Positions 1 through 13,376 of a stretch of 64,000 nt of DNA are shown piece by piece. The notes below the pieces were generated by a model. That model saw only the letters and a program-made list of their open reading frames with translations. It made no database searches and had not been told where the DNA came from. This DNA is from Cetorhinus maximus (taxonomy: Eukaryota), in assembly GCF_964194155.1 (NCBI RefSeq), contig NC_135898.1, positions 13,516,001 to 13,580,000 of the forward strand. The letters run 5' to 3'. The position numbers and the translations under genes are program-made. Within the stretch, counting starts at the first letter, position 1. Each line of letters starts with the position of its first letter.

Positions 1-425
1 TCCAGAGGAGATGAGGTCAGTGACAGTCCTGGAGACAATGGCTTGATGTTCAGTGGTGAGGTCATGGTCCAGGGGGAGGTAGGAGGAAGTGTCTGTGAAT
101 TGACGCTCAGCCTCTGCGAGGTAGAGGTCAGTGCGCCAAACAACAACAGCACCACCCTTGTCAGCGGGTTTGATGACAAAGTCAGAGTTGGACCTGAGAG
201 AACGGAGTGCGGCAAGTTCAGAAAGAGACAGGTTAGAGTGGGTGAGAGGAGCAGAGAAATTGAGACGACTGATGTCACACCGACAGTTCTCAATGAAAAG
301 ATCAATGAAAAGACCACGTCAACTGTATCCCTCTTCACAGATGCTTTCAGACCTGCTGAGTTTTTCCAGGTATTTTTGTTTTTGTTCTAGATTTCTAGCA
401 TCCGCAGTATTTTGCTTTTATCTTA
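1..425 (-). mobile_element. Penelope-like element fragment: RT N-terminal region plus inverted terminal (pLTR-like) piece at ~330-425
   Basis: The minus strand translates to SELAALRSLRSNSDFVIKPADKGGAVVVWRTDLYLAEAERQ, containing the IKPADKG motif of Penelope-like RTs. The 330-425 segment matches the terminal repeat at ~58095-58174. Confidence 0.75.
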
Positions 426-936
426 CTGTTGTAGTATTGTTCAGTAAAATAGAGTGAGAGAAATGTTGGTTCACTCTGCACTAAGTTGCTTATGTGAGTC
501 ATGCCAATGAGATTCAAGAAGTCCCCTCTGCAGGGATGATGTAAATGCCAAGTACTTTCTGCTGGTGTGCACTGCAGGGAAAATTGATGCCAGACTGGGT
601 CTAAGCTACAGTTCAAGGCAGCAATGCTGGACTTTCTCTTCTGTTTTCCTAAGAAGCCATCAGTGTAAGTCTTTGCTTGAATATCATGGGGTCTTTCCCA
701 AGGACAACTCGTGGCTGAGATCAGCAAATTTGTCTCTTTGGACAATCTGGACTTCTGTTTAAAGGGCCAATGGGTTAGTGCTATCAATTTTAAAAGTTGC
801 AAATGTGGGCCTATTTGTCTATTATTATTCAAACCAAGCAAATATTTTCTTTTCACCAAAACATTCTCTCTCATGAGAGATTGATTTCTGATCAATTGAA
901 TTTAATTTTAACTCCATTTCTCTCTCTCCCCCGCAG

Positions 937-3900
937 CTGCTGCATCTAGTAAAATGTTTCAGAAATTTCCTCCAGATGTGTACCATGCTTTATCCAGTGA
1001 ACCACTCACTGGGAACTTCCATGACTTTTCTATTTCTGTGAAGGTAGTATTTTTCATGTTGTTCAGTGTGTCATTGTGTGCATTGCAATCAGCAGAGAGG
1101 ATGTGAAGTTGCCTGAGAATGAGGTTCAATAAAGGTTGACTAGATTAATTCCAGGGATGAGAGGGTTGGCTATGAGGAGAGATTGAGCATAAAGAGCTGA
1201 TAGTCTCCTGCGTTTAGAAGAGTGAGAGTGGATTTTTGATAGGGTGGATAACAATTTTCTTTGGGAAATTATTCATTTGACAAAGGGTGTCATTGAGAGA
1301 AGGTTGAGGATTGACGTTGCTAGCATAGAGGAAATGTTAGAAAGAAGAGAGATTCCAAAATAAATTGGATGGAAGCAAGTCACCAATTGTCAGACTTTTT
1401 TTTACAAAGAGAGGTGCTTGCTCCAAGATATTGGATCTACTGGAAGAGGGACGCCTTGTGTTATAATGCAAATATGGAAGACCAATATTTTCTTTGATTG
1501 CTTGTAATTACTCATCTATGGTAAAGAAGAAAATAAGTTTTGTTTAAAGAAAGGGGTATATGGGATCTATTAATGGTTGGTTGTATTATATAGTGTGCGA
1601 CCATACAGCTATAGAGTCATTATGGCACAGGAGGAGGTCATTTAGTCCATAGAGTCCATGCCAGCTTTCTATAGAGCAATCAAATCAGTCACATTCTCCT
1701 ATTCTATCCCATAGTTTATTTCCAGCAAGTGGCCATCCCGTTTTGTTTTGAAATTATTGATCATCGCCACATCCACAACCCTTGAAGTCAGAGAGCTCCA
1801 GGTCATTACCACTAGGTGCGCAAAAGAGTTCCTCCTCACATCCCCTCTACCTGCCTTGCCCAAACCCTGAAATCTGTGCCCCCTAGTTATTGTGCCGTCA
1901 GCTAATGGGTACAGCTTATCTCTATCTAGCTATCTAAGCTTTCATAAACTTATATGTCTGTCAAATGTCCCCTCACTCTCCTTTACTCCAGAGACAATAA
2001 CTCCAACTGCTCCAGTGTAGCTAAAACCCCTCATCCCTGGAACCATTCTGGTAAATCTCCTCTCCACCATCGCAAGCCCTTTGCATCCTTACTAAAGTGT
2101 GATGACCAGAACTGGACACAATATTCTAGTTGTGGCTTAATCAGAATTTTATAAAGGTTCATTTTTCTGAAATAGATAATGAAAAAATATATATAATTTT
2201 GTTTGTTTTCGATTAGTTTGAAAGAATGTTCTTGTGTTTTCAAAACTTGTAATTTAAAGAAAAGAGGGGAATCTGTCAATGCCTTATCAATTACATTGTT
2301 AAGAAAAACAGATCATGGGTATTTGAACACAACAATTAATTAGGGATAGCTGGGACACTGGGTGTATGTGATGAGTGTTGACACTGAACAAAGTCAGTAA
2401 ACTCAGCAAGGAAAGGCTCTGTGTCTTAGTTTTGACTTCACCAACTGGCATAGATCCCATTAACAGATGCTGAGAGTCTGTTTCCCCTAGCTGGAGAGTC
2501 TAGTTGGCTTAGTCTGAGGACAAGAAGTCGACCATTAAATCTCTTCATTCACTTCTTCACATTCAGGGTTGTGAAGCTTGGAATTTTTTAAAGTTCATTC
2601 ATGGGATGTAGGTGTCGCTCACTCAGCCAACATTTATTGCCCATCCCTAATTGCCCTTGGGAAAGTCATGGTGAGCTGCCTCCTTGAACCCCTGCAATCC
2701 ATGTGGTATAGGTACACCCACAGTGCTATTAGGGAGGGAGTTTGACCCAGCGACAGTGAAGGAACAGTGATACACTTCCAAGTCAGGATGGTGAGTGGCA
2801 TGGAGGGGAACTTGCAGGTGGTGGTGTTCCCATAGATCTGCTGCCCTTGTCCTAGAAGGTAGTGGCTGTGGGTTTGGAAGGTGCTGTCTAAGGAAGCTTG
2901 GTGAGTTCCTGCAGTGCATCTTGTAGATGGTTGCCACTGTGCGTTGGTGGTGGAGGGAGGGAATGTTTGTGGACGAATCAAGTGAGCTGCTTTGTCCTGG
3001 ATGGTGTCAAGCATCTTGTGTGTTGTTGGAGCTGCATTCATCCAGGCAAGTGGAGAGTATTCCATCACACTCATGACTTGTGCCTTGTAGATGGTGGACA
3101 GGCTTTGGGGAGTCAGGAGGTGAGTTACTTGCCGCAGCATTCCTAGCCTCTGACCTGCTCTTGTAGCCACAGTATTTATGTGGCTAGTCCAGTTCAGCTT
3201 CTGGTCATTGGTACCCCTAGGATGTTGATAGTGGAGGACTCAAGATTGTGTACTTTAGAGGGCTGTTGAACTCAGTCAGTGAGTGTGTTCAAGGTGAGAT
3301 CTACAGATTTTTAGGGAACTGAGCAATAAGGAGATAATACGAAAAAGTGGAGTTGTGATTGAAGATTGGCCATACTCCTGCTCCAATTTCTTAGGCTCTT
3401 TTGCATTGGTAAGTGAGACAGGACATGTAATTATACCAGCCCATGATCTGTATTTGTGTACAACTCATTGCTTTACTTACAGGGGAGTTAGATTTTGTAG
3501 AACATTATTCACGCACCCCAGCATCACTGAGGACAGGAGGGGAAAAAAACTGTGTGGGTTGAAAAGAGAAGATTGCAATCATGTCCTGCATCAGTCAGTG
3601 AATGACTAGATAGAACAGGTTATTTTTCCACTTCTGAGTTAGTGGTGAGGAAGACCATTTAGCCCATTTAAATTTATCCATCTAGAAAGAACATAAAGCC
3701 CCTCCACCGCTGCAATTTCTTCCCTTTATTTACATTGTAATTTGATTGCTCTTTTATTTGGCAGGCGTTTCTGGAAGATGAGAAACTGAGTAAATTCTAT
3801 TCAATCCTGTCCACCAATAATGACAGAAAGGGTGTGGAGTTTGTATCTACTATGGAGGGTAGGTTGAACAGTGTGACTGCTATTGTACAATTAACATAAC

Positions 3901-6900
3901 TGTGGCAAGAGCATTAATGGCAGTGCTGTATCGTGTACAAAGAGCACTGTTTTTTTATCATTTGTTTAACCTCCATTTCCAGATGAAGAGGCCATCTCCA
4001 AACAAGGCATCCACAAGGACACTGTTTAGCTAGTTGTTAACAGTCATGTGTTTTCTTCTCATTGCTCTGTATAAATATCAAGCTCGTTTTAGAATCATGT
4101 TTCAGTTCTTTCAACTTGTTACATTTCTTGTCACTTGGTTTAGTCAAACTTTACACATTAGTTCACATCCTCTTTATAGCCTTTTGCAAATTTTTGGCAA
4201 AATGTAATCATCAAAGATTGTTCCTTTTATGCCAATTTTTTAGAAAAATCGTTGTCCTTAGCCTCTAATTGTGGAACATTTGTTACTTATGTTTGTTTAA
4301 AAATGTTGTCACTTTGCTGAGTGACATCATTGATTGGGGTCAAGGTGACATGAAGTTTCAAGTTTTACATTTTCATTCCCAGCAACCTAGAACTGTAAAA
4401 TTATTTGTGTTACTAGCTGGCCCCCCGCTCCCTGCCCACCTTCCCGAATTGCGTGCCTTTACTAAAGTCAGCAGTAGGGCTGATCATGGGTATTAAATTT
4501 ACTGAAAACCAATCAAGTGCCTTGATTCTTGGCACAAAGAAACAAGTTCCAGCTCTTTAAAAAAAGGAGTTCCAGCTCATCTTTCCTGTGCAAAAGTTAG
4601 GGGCCATTCCCACAAATGGACCTTCCAACTCTGCAACCTCTATGACCTAGGAGGACAAGGCAGATTCATGGGAACACCACCGCCTCCAAGTTCCCCTCCA
4701 AGCCACACACTATCCTGACTTGGAACCATTCCTTCACTGTCACGGGGTCAAAACCCTGGAATTCACTTCTTTACAGCACTAACGGTGTTCCTACAACACA
4801 TGGACTGCAACGGTTCAAGAAGGCAGCACCCACCACCTTCTCAAGGGCAATTAGAGATGCACAATAAATGCTGGCCCAGCCAGCGTCGTCCACATCCCGT
4901 GAAGGAATTCAAAAAAATGATATGTTCTGGGTTGGCTATGAAGTTTTGAATGAATACTTGTGTCATGAAAATATAATAATTTTCATAATATTATTGTGAT
5001 TTATTGCTAAGCTATGTTAATAGTGGGGTTTGGATTAGTTTCTCTATGTGGATGGGTATGTGTGTGTGGGGGATTTAATTGAATTGGAGACAGCTGATTT
5101 GGAGCTTTTGAGGTATCAAAAGGAAAACTAGGTTTGAAATGCTAAATGCATAAACATGGCTCAAGTTTTAGAATGTGAGGTGTAAAGAAAATTTGCATTT
5201 TTAGATAAATTAGGTTAGTTTGAATTTCAAAGAGATGGTAAGATGTTACACCTAGCCAAAAGAAGCTAAGCCAAGTAGTGTGTTTATTTTTCCCAAAGGT
5301 TACTGATAATATGAGTACTATGAAAGATTTACATTATAAGAAAAGTAAAGTTGCAAAAGACATTGTGGAACAATGGAATTTGCGTTAAAAAGGGAGAAAC
5401 ATGTATAAAGGAGATGAGGTGATATGTAAGGATGAAGGAATTCTAAGATCTAACACAAGTGTGAAAAGCCTCCAGTCTCTGCGCATCAGGTTGCTGTGTG
5501 CAGGAACTGAAGCTAACAAAACTCACTTTGAATACCACTGTCCAGGGTATTGTGTTGCTTTGCCTGGGTCTGTTGAAACTTATTTGTTTTTACTGTTGCC
5601 TTAATGGAGGTGTAACTGGGAGCCAGATTAATTAGGGTAGTTAGGAGTTAGTATCGTGGTAATTTGCAGTCCGATGTATGGGCTTAAAATCTTTTCTTTT
5701 ATTAATAAATGTTTAATTTAGTTTTGTAAAAAAACCTCTAAGACTCGGTGGACTTAATACTACTGAATTCAGGGCACGCATCTCGAAATAAAATACAAAT
5801 TGCAAAACAGCTGTGGCAGCTGTTTCAACTTTCCCTTTGGGATTTGAGCAGCTCGGCATTTACCATCCGCTGTGCCATAACAATTTGTTTTAATCTTCCC
5901 AAGTTCAAACTTTAAGACTGATGGTTACATAGCTCTGATTCCAATCAACGGCAGAGCAAATGAAGGTGGCAAAGCATTGTTGATGTCAACTCTCTCAGTA
6001 GGTGGCTTGATGAGCATTTAGCCATTTTTCTTTGAGATTGTATTGGAGGTCCTCTTCATCCCAGTAACTGTGGATACTCAGTTTTGCATTGAAACAAAAC
6101 CCAGAAAATCACAATTAAAAATCAGTGCAGTATGATCACCAGAATAAAGAATACTAGTATGCCTAGGGAAAGCTGACAATTGTAACTGATCAGATCAGGT
6201 TTAACCAGGAAAGATTGTTTACTTCTATATAAAGCGGTTTAAAGTAGAGATATTTCCATGGGCATCGGTAAAGTCATTTAGTCACCGGGATGAATTCAAC
6301 ACGTGAAGGAATTTTGGGCCACAGGAATCAGTGGCAGGCCCTATGTTGATTCCAAGTAACAGGTCAGCCCATTCTATCAGTGATGCTGGGGATGGCAGCC
6401 TTGGTTATTCTAGCCATTCTTCAATGATGAGTTCAGCCTCCCACTCAATATGTCCTTAGTGCAAGATCCAATGCATCTTGGCGGTATTACCAAGTGGGAA
6501 CTTAACAGAATTTCAGGAGAAAGGGAAGAAACTCTTGTGGGGGTGGGGAAGGATTGTACCATACCTCTACCGTTTATAACAGTTAAAAATTATATTAATT
6601 TATCTTTCTTCATTTTTATCCAATGGAGACCAATGTTCCCTCTAAGCTGTTCACGTTGGCGGCCATGCATCAGTCCAGAGGTTACGACACATACCACTCA
6701 CAAGTCATCCCCTTGACATGCATGACGATGCAAAAAAGATATAAAGCTGCTGTGCACTGAAATTACAGGCTAACAAGAACCCAAAAAAATAGAAGGGACG
6801 TTGATGGAGATCAATATTTCACAACCACTTCCATCCTAAGCTCCCATGATACAATGTGAGGATTGCCAATGTACATTTCAGAATAGCGTCATTCACAAAT

Positions 6901-8914
6901 GGAAGGTAACGTTTCAGAGCAGGTTGGGATAGATCTGGTACGTCCTATCATGTTTAAGGAAAAAAGAATATTAGGAGGGTGACTGTAAGACCTGTATAAT
7001 ATTTCTGCACAGGACACCCTTGCAATACACACAATTGAACCAGCAGAGGATAGATGAAGCAGGACGCTGTAAGGCAACAATCTTTTATACTAGGTATTGT
7101 GAATTTTGCTCAGTAACTACTGGCTCTTAGTAACTCTTATGGTATGACCACATTGTCTCATGAAATGCTGTTTTATGAAGGACATGCACCATGTAACTGT
7201 TAGTCAAGTGCAGCTGTGTGTTATTGGCCTACTCTTTAAGACTTTTATTTAATCTAGTCAACCAGAGGCCAACTCCTCTTCAGCACTTCCTAAGGTTAAC
7301 CTGAGAGTGATTTTTTTCTCTGAAGATTAGCAACTGCTTATGAACTCCTGGCTCATCCCAGGGTCAGAGAATCCTGCAGAAAATCACAGACTTTTTCCTT
7401 GTATTTTTAAAATAACTTTTCATTTGTAACATCTGAGTGGACCCATCACCAACAATTAACAACCTGTAATAAAGATGTATGGAATGGGGGAAATGAATAG
7501 CATCTTGTGTCTGGTTATACATGTATAGTTGTACAGATTCCTAATGAGGATCTTTCATTTGTCAATCATTGCAGGCATCCTATATCCTTTCTATGGGGTC
7601 CAGTGGCATCCAGAAGTCAATCGCTTTCAGTGGCAGCAGAATTTAGCTTTCCCACACTCTCCGAATGCTGTAAAAGTCTCCTATTTCCTGTCCGATTTTT
7701 TTGTAAATGAAGGTACTTCTTTGTGGTTATGAAATGGTTGCAGCTCAGAAGAAAGCGGCATAAAAAAAATATTCTTCATGTTGCTTTTCATTCTTTTGCC
7801 AATCACCTTAAATCTATGTCCTCTGGTTCTTGACCCGTCCGCCAATGGGTACAATTTTTTGGGAGGTGATAGATGTAAAATCATGATGTTTGAAAAATAA
7901 GATGTAACCTTTTGTGCAATGACTGATCATTTTGAGGTAGATGTGAAAAGAATTAACACTTTGTTACTGTCCCTCGACCTGGACAGAGAATCCTCCCTTC
8001 CAACTCATTGCAGAGTCTGCCTTGCATTACATTCTGCATTCTTCGGTGAAAATTTGTACAATTAATCTCACTGAGTGACACTTGAATTTTGTCAATGTTC
8101 GCAATAGCTTATTTGTTTTATAGTGTTTAGGTTTACCATATGGACCAGGAAGACCCTAGATTTACTTCCTCATCTGTGTTAATTAGCTAATCTTCATCAG
8201 GTCAGGAGTAAGGATGATGCAGTTTTGAGGCAGGACTCCTTGGTTAAGGAGGGAAAGTGAACAAGCATTTTGCTCCTGATCGCTGTCCAGTGACTGTGCT
8301 GGAAAGTACTTGGATGTTGACATTGGATGAAAATAGGATTATACTCGACTGTAATTGTTCTGTGGGCAAAAAGCCTGCTGCCCCTCACTTTCATGTCTCA
8401 GACATGAAGATCATTTGGGGTTTGAGACGTTAGAGTGCAAATATACAGCAACCACAGTCATCTCCTCAGATTTCCACACATGTTCTTGAGTTAGTTGCTC
8501 TCCTCAAGACACTACTTTCTCTGTGTTTTTAAGCCAGAGTTCAGAGAGAGAGAGAGAGGAAGTACTTGCTCCGTGCTTCCTGAGAATGGATCACAAGATG
8601 ACAGAACTGATGATAAGTGAATGTGTTATTGTTGCTGTCAGTCCCTGCAGCGAGAGTGGTAATCCTGCCAGCCATTTGTTCAAAGTGCCATTGCTCCCGT
8701 TTCTGATGTGAACCAGCTCCCAGGATGAAAGTCTGTAGTTTTGATATGCTGCACTCTCAGCCTCCTTGTCAGTGATTATTTTTTATGTTTGTTCACAGCC
8801 CGGAAGAACTTCCATCATTTCAAAAACTTAAAGGAAGAGGAGGCAACTCTGATCTATAACTACAGTCCGCGCTATGTGCCTACATCCAGCTATATTCAGG
8901 TCTATTTTTTCTAA
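937..8914 (+). CDS. GGH: Gamma-glutamyl hydrolase (GGH-like), last four coding exons; 5' part lies outside the window
   Basis: Exons 937-1043, 3765-3858, 7575-7712 and 8799-8914 (TAA), with AG/GT boundaries and consistent phases. Translation: SKMFQKFPPDVYHALSSEPLTGNFHDFSISVK / AFLEDEKLSKFYSILSTNNDRKGVEFVSTME / GILYPFYGVQWHPEVNRFQW..HSPNAVKVSYFLSDFFVNE / ARKNFHHFKNLKEEEATLIYNYSP..YIQVYFF*. Collinear with the GGH C-terminus including catalytic QWHPE. May be a paralogue. Confidence 0.92.
1610..2160 (-). mobile_element. Decayed CR1 LINE 3' fragment
   Basis: Minus-strand LYKILIKPQLEYCVQFWSSHFSKD (CR1 ORF2 C-terminal motif) and a CR1-type tail near 1610. Confidence 0.7.
2590..3240 (-). mobile_element. 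CR1/L2-group non-LTR retrotransposon 3' fragment (same family as 24505-26560)
   Basis: ORF2 C-terminal peptide [37 protein letters not shown] and the family 3' tail. Confidence 0.75.
4640..4915 (+). mobile_element. 3' end of the same non-LTR family
   Basis: Ends in AATAAATGCTGGCCCAGCCAGCGTCGTCCACATCCCG plus an A-rich tail, shared with other copies in the window. Confidence 0.65.
4961..5882 (+). mobile_element. Solo LTR (~920 bp) in a GGH intron
   Basis: Starts TGTCATG and ends CATAACA. Flanked by ACTTG/ATTTG (5-bp TSD, one mismatch). Internal TATAAA (~5404) and AATAAA (5704). Highly similar to 11736-13376. Confidence 0.8.
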
Positions 8915-9398
8915 AGAAGTGCCAACAGGGAATTATTCAGTACAGTAACTTAGGTGCAGTAAATTTAAGTAAATTCTGGCAGAAAACACAGTATTTTCAC
9001 CTCACAACTACACTGGTCTGCTTGGAGATAAGGAAGTAGTCTGGCCATCAGCAAGAACCAGAAGCAGAGTGTGAACTTAGGACTGCATTTCCCTCGTACT
9101 GGAGGAAAAGTAAGTTTTAGCATCTAACAAGCAACTAATTTGTCAACTCATAAACATTACTTGCAAAATTTGAAGATATTTAACGTTCTTCCTCTGGGTG
9201 AGGGAATCCACCTTATTGTTCTATCTCCTACATTACAGCAGTGAATACACTGAAAAACATTGAATTGTAAAGCACTTTGAGATGTCCAGTGGTTGTGAAA
9301 AGCACTATTAAAAAAAAGCAAGTCTTTCTTATACATCATACATTTACTTTATACATACAATTATGCATCATTTCTACAATATCTGACAAAATTGTTTC

Positions 9399-9404
9399 AA
9401 TAAA
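9399..9404 (+). promoter_or_regulatory. Candidate GGH polyadenylation signal
   Basis: AATAAA ~490 nt after the stop codon. Confidence 0.45.
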
Positions 9405-11735
9405 TAGTCTTTCCACAAGTTGAGATCCTATGGCTTTTAATGCGCTGGTTTTGAAAGCCCAGGGAGTTGCACATGCAATTACAGGAAATAGTTCAGTGTG
9501 ACATTGGTTAGTATGAGTAAAACCATGAATTGATCAAGATCTGTGAGTAAACTGAAGTCGAAATGTTTTCTTTTTTCACAAAGATTCCAAAATTCCAGTT
9601 CTATCAAAATAATACAGGCAAAAATGACTCGTGGCAGGCGAAGAGAGGGAAAAACATAATAAAAAATATCAGACAAACAAACTAACCTGAGGGGCAAGCA
9701 CAGAACAAAATGAAGGGAGGCAAGAAGGAAGGCTTGGTCAGATCTTGTGATGGCAGACTCAAAGCAGCATTGCTAATATCTGTCAAGACACAGATTTCTG
9801 TTAGTCCCAACTGAATGAGCAAGTGGAGTAGCTGGGAAGAGAATGGTAAACTTCAAACACACAGTAAATATAAATATTAAGAAATTTTCATCCAAAGTTA
9901 CAAATTTTGTTGGCCCATAGTATTTTCCTCAAGTATTGCTATGTTGGAACTTGAGGAAGTGGAAATCTGAGCTGCTCAACAATTGCATGATTTTCAGCCA
10001 ACTCTAATCAGTGTCATTAAATGGTGAACTCTCAACAGAGTTGGTTAGCAGTGTTAGGTTTCCCTTGAGTGAACATGTACTGCAACTATTTAAAGATCAG
10101 GAAGCTTCAGTGGGCACCTCAGCACAGATTCTGATATTTTCTTCTCGTCACACTGACTTAATAGTGAGAGCAGAAGTGTGACCGTCAGCCCGGGCCAGAG
10201 ACATGGAGTGAACTTAAAGCTCTGGCCAGTCTTTCCTGGCCATGGCATCTAACAAGCAACTAATTAATGAACTAATTCATGTTCTCATTTTGTTAGCACA
10301 GTGGAGATTAGGAGCTAATATAATAGAGGTGTCCAAGCTGCTTCCAGTAATTGAGGATATCTAGAAAAAGTCTAGAAAACATAACGTAAATGCAAGGGAT
10401 TTAGGTTGGAGAGCAGAAGAACATTTTGCACAGAGGGCTTGTGAGGCTGTAGAATGCACTACGACGGTTACTCTTTGAAGCAGAGACCAAGTCAAGATTT
10501 TATTTTTATTCTTTCATGGGATGTGGGTGTCGCTGACCATACAAGCTTCCACTGTAAGTGTGGTGATCTGGGTGTGTTGTTGGCCAACATCTGTGCCTTC
10601 TTTCAGAGGTCATTCCATCATGGTAGTATAAAGAATGATAGCCCCATTCATGCTTACATAAATTGATATGCAAGGAGACAATAATGACAATTGTCATTAG
10701 TAGATGTGCCATTTCATATGGAATAGCAAGTGTTCTTGCTGGGATCAGATTTCAGTGTTATTATCTGTGCTGCATAGGAAGCTTTGGTACATGTTGTGCA
10801 CCAAATGAGGCCAGTCACCCACAGTCACGTGTGACTGTCTTCTTGGAGATAGGTTGGAATAAACGGGATCTCTTTGAATTTGAGTGGTTGTCGAGATGAA
10901 ACACCCAATAATAGGAGATTGGAAGTGAGTGTAATTTTCTCTTCTGGCATCCTCTGTGCTCTCATACCTGAGCCAGGTAGGTTCACAGGACTTGGGCAAA
11001 TTGTTGATGTTTGACCAGCTGGAAGAGCAATTTATTTCAGCCTGGGATAGTGGAGACCAGGATTGTTCCTGCCTAATTCCGTATAACTCTGCTAGCCAAC
11101 ACCCTAAAACTGTTGGCATTCAGCTCAAATGTACCATTGAGTCATCAGTTAAGCTATGTGATTTTAGTGGGTTAGACTCCACTAATTCCATTGTGCAGTA
11201 TCACAACCCCTTGTTTTGCCCATTTATGCCTAAATTGTCTGTGATTAGGCAAGTGAGGTGTGTCCCTCCAGGAAGCAAGTGTGCACTCCATTTTCAGGCA
11301 TTTGGAAACTAACTGCATGGATTTCTTAGCAATTTGATATGGTGACTCAAGCATTGTTGTACGTTTCTATGCACCTGACATACAAGACAAACTGTAGGTA
11401 TGACTGACAGATGTCACTTAGCTGGTAGCATTGGACTCAAAAAGGATTGCTGCACAAGTTGCGCTCAAGAAGCCACAAATTGCTTACCTCAAATTACTCA
11501 ATGCAAAAGCTAACTGAAAAACTTCGATCAAAGTAAATTGCTAGTTATTTTCCTCCACTTCTAAAGGTACTGGTTTTTGTTGAAGTACATCTTTGGTAAC
11601 TCTCACTGAAGTTTTTGTGCACAGATGCTATTTGACCATGGAAGTGCAGCATATCCTGGTCCTCCTACCTTCATCCACTGTCTGCAGCCACAGTTCCCAG
11701 GTGGGGCCCGTGGCTAATGCTTAAAAGTAAAACCC

Positions 11736-13376
11736 TGTCACGAAATATAATAATTTTCATCATGTTATTGGAATTTATTGTAAAATAGGAATAGTGTTAT
11801 GAGACAGCCTTTCTGTAAAGCTGAGTTCTTTAAAAATCCCAGAGGGAAACTTTAAACAACTGTCATAACCTATATTTTTAAGTGGTATGTTTGAGACGCA
11901 ACCTTAAATTCAAGAATCAGACCACCAGTTCTCGAGAGGTTTTATATTAAACTAAATGAAACATTTTATTAATTTACACAAGTTAAGTATATCTACATAG
12001 CTACAAATTACTTCTATCATAACTTTTAACAAATTCCCAAACTAATCTCCATTAAGGTAACAGCAACCCACAGACTTAACCGGACACCAGGCAAAGCATT
12101 TTCACATTACGAATTCAAAATGAGGTTCCTTTCACTTTGGTTCCTGTGGAGACAGTTGTAGGCTTACAGCTGCTTTCATCTTACATTGTCTGTGCCTTCA
12201 TACGTGAAAACTGCCCTCTGATATCTAGCATATCTCGTTGACTGTAAGTTCTCATTGTATCACCAGCCCTTTGAACTCCACCTCGTCTAACAATAAAACC
12301 CATTTCATAGTACCAATTTTATTAGTAATATAAACATATTGCTTGGTCTCTGCTAGCTAGGTGCCAAATTTCACCCAATTCTTGAATAATCTATTCAAAA
12401 AATGCAAACGCACTCTACCTCTCTTAAATCTCAAAACTGGTACACATCAAAGCACCCAGACTAGCTGGCTTTAATCCAATTAAGACACACCCAGAGACTA
12501 AACTTCTACTTTAAAAGAAAAAATATTTTCCAATAATATTATATACATTAATAGCTACATGACGATATGTGTGTGTATGTATGTTTGTTTGTGTGTGTGA
12601 CTTAATTGAATTAAAAACAGCTGGTCTGAAGGCTTTGATGTATCAGAAGAGAGGCTAGATTTCAAGTGTTAAACAGGTAAACATGGCTGAAGTTTTAGAA
12701 TATGAGGTGTAAAGGAAAAAATGCATTTTTAGATAAACCAGAGTGATTTGAATTTCAAAAGAGGTGGTGAAATGTTACACTTAGCCAGTATAAGCCAAAC
12801 AGTGTGTTTATTTTCCCCAAAGCTTACTGATAAAGTTGGTACTATGAAAGATTTTTATTATTAGAAAAGTAGACTTAAAAAGACATATATTGGGAAAATG
12901 GAATTTACATTAAAAAGGGAGAAACCTGTATAAAGGAGATTAGGTTATGTGTGAGAGGAAGGCATTCTAAGATCTAACAAGGTGAAAAGCCTCCAGCCTC
13001 TAAGCCTCAAGTTTCTGTCTGCACGAACTGAAGTGAAGAAAACTCACTTTGAATTTGACTGTTCAGGGTATCATGTTACTTTGCCTTGGACTTTTAAAAT
13101 CTGTGTGTTTTACTGTTGCCGTAACTGGGAGTTAGATTAACTAGGGGAGATAGGAGTTATCATAGTAGTAATTTGTAAACCTATGTATGTGCTTAAAATT
13201 TTTTTTTTATTAATAAAGTTTTAATTTCGTTTTATAAGAAACCTATAAGACTCAATGGTCTTATTACTGAATTCAAGGTACTCATCTCAAAATAAATACA
13301 AATTGTAAAATAATTATTTCAAGTTTCCCTCTGGGACTTGAACAGCTCAGCATTTACCATCCACTGTGCCATAACA
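11736..13376 (+). mobile_element. Solo LTR of the same family as 4961-5882, interrupted by a nested LTR
   Basis: TGTCA...ATAACA termini and a perfect 5-bp TSD AACCC (11731-11735, 13377-13381). 12565-13376 aligns with ~5055-5882. Confidence 0.85.
11795..12564 (-). mobile_element. Related solo LTR inserted in opposite orientation
   Basis: The reverse complement begins CGTCATG and ends GGCTGTCTCATAACA. It shares the ATTAATAAA.TGTTT and other motifs with the host LTR. Flanks are ATAG/ATAT. Confidence 0.75.

Noticed and set aside
395-895. 166-aa minus-strand ORF
   Set aside because: Intronic and antisense to GGH, with a non-ATG start, partly Penelope terminal sequence and no recognisable homology.
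4961-13376. One full-length provirus with LTRs at 4961 and 11736
   Set aside because: Each LTR has its own TSD, and the intervening DNA contains GGH exons rather than gag/pol.
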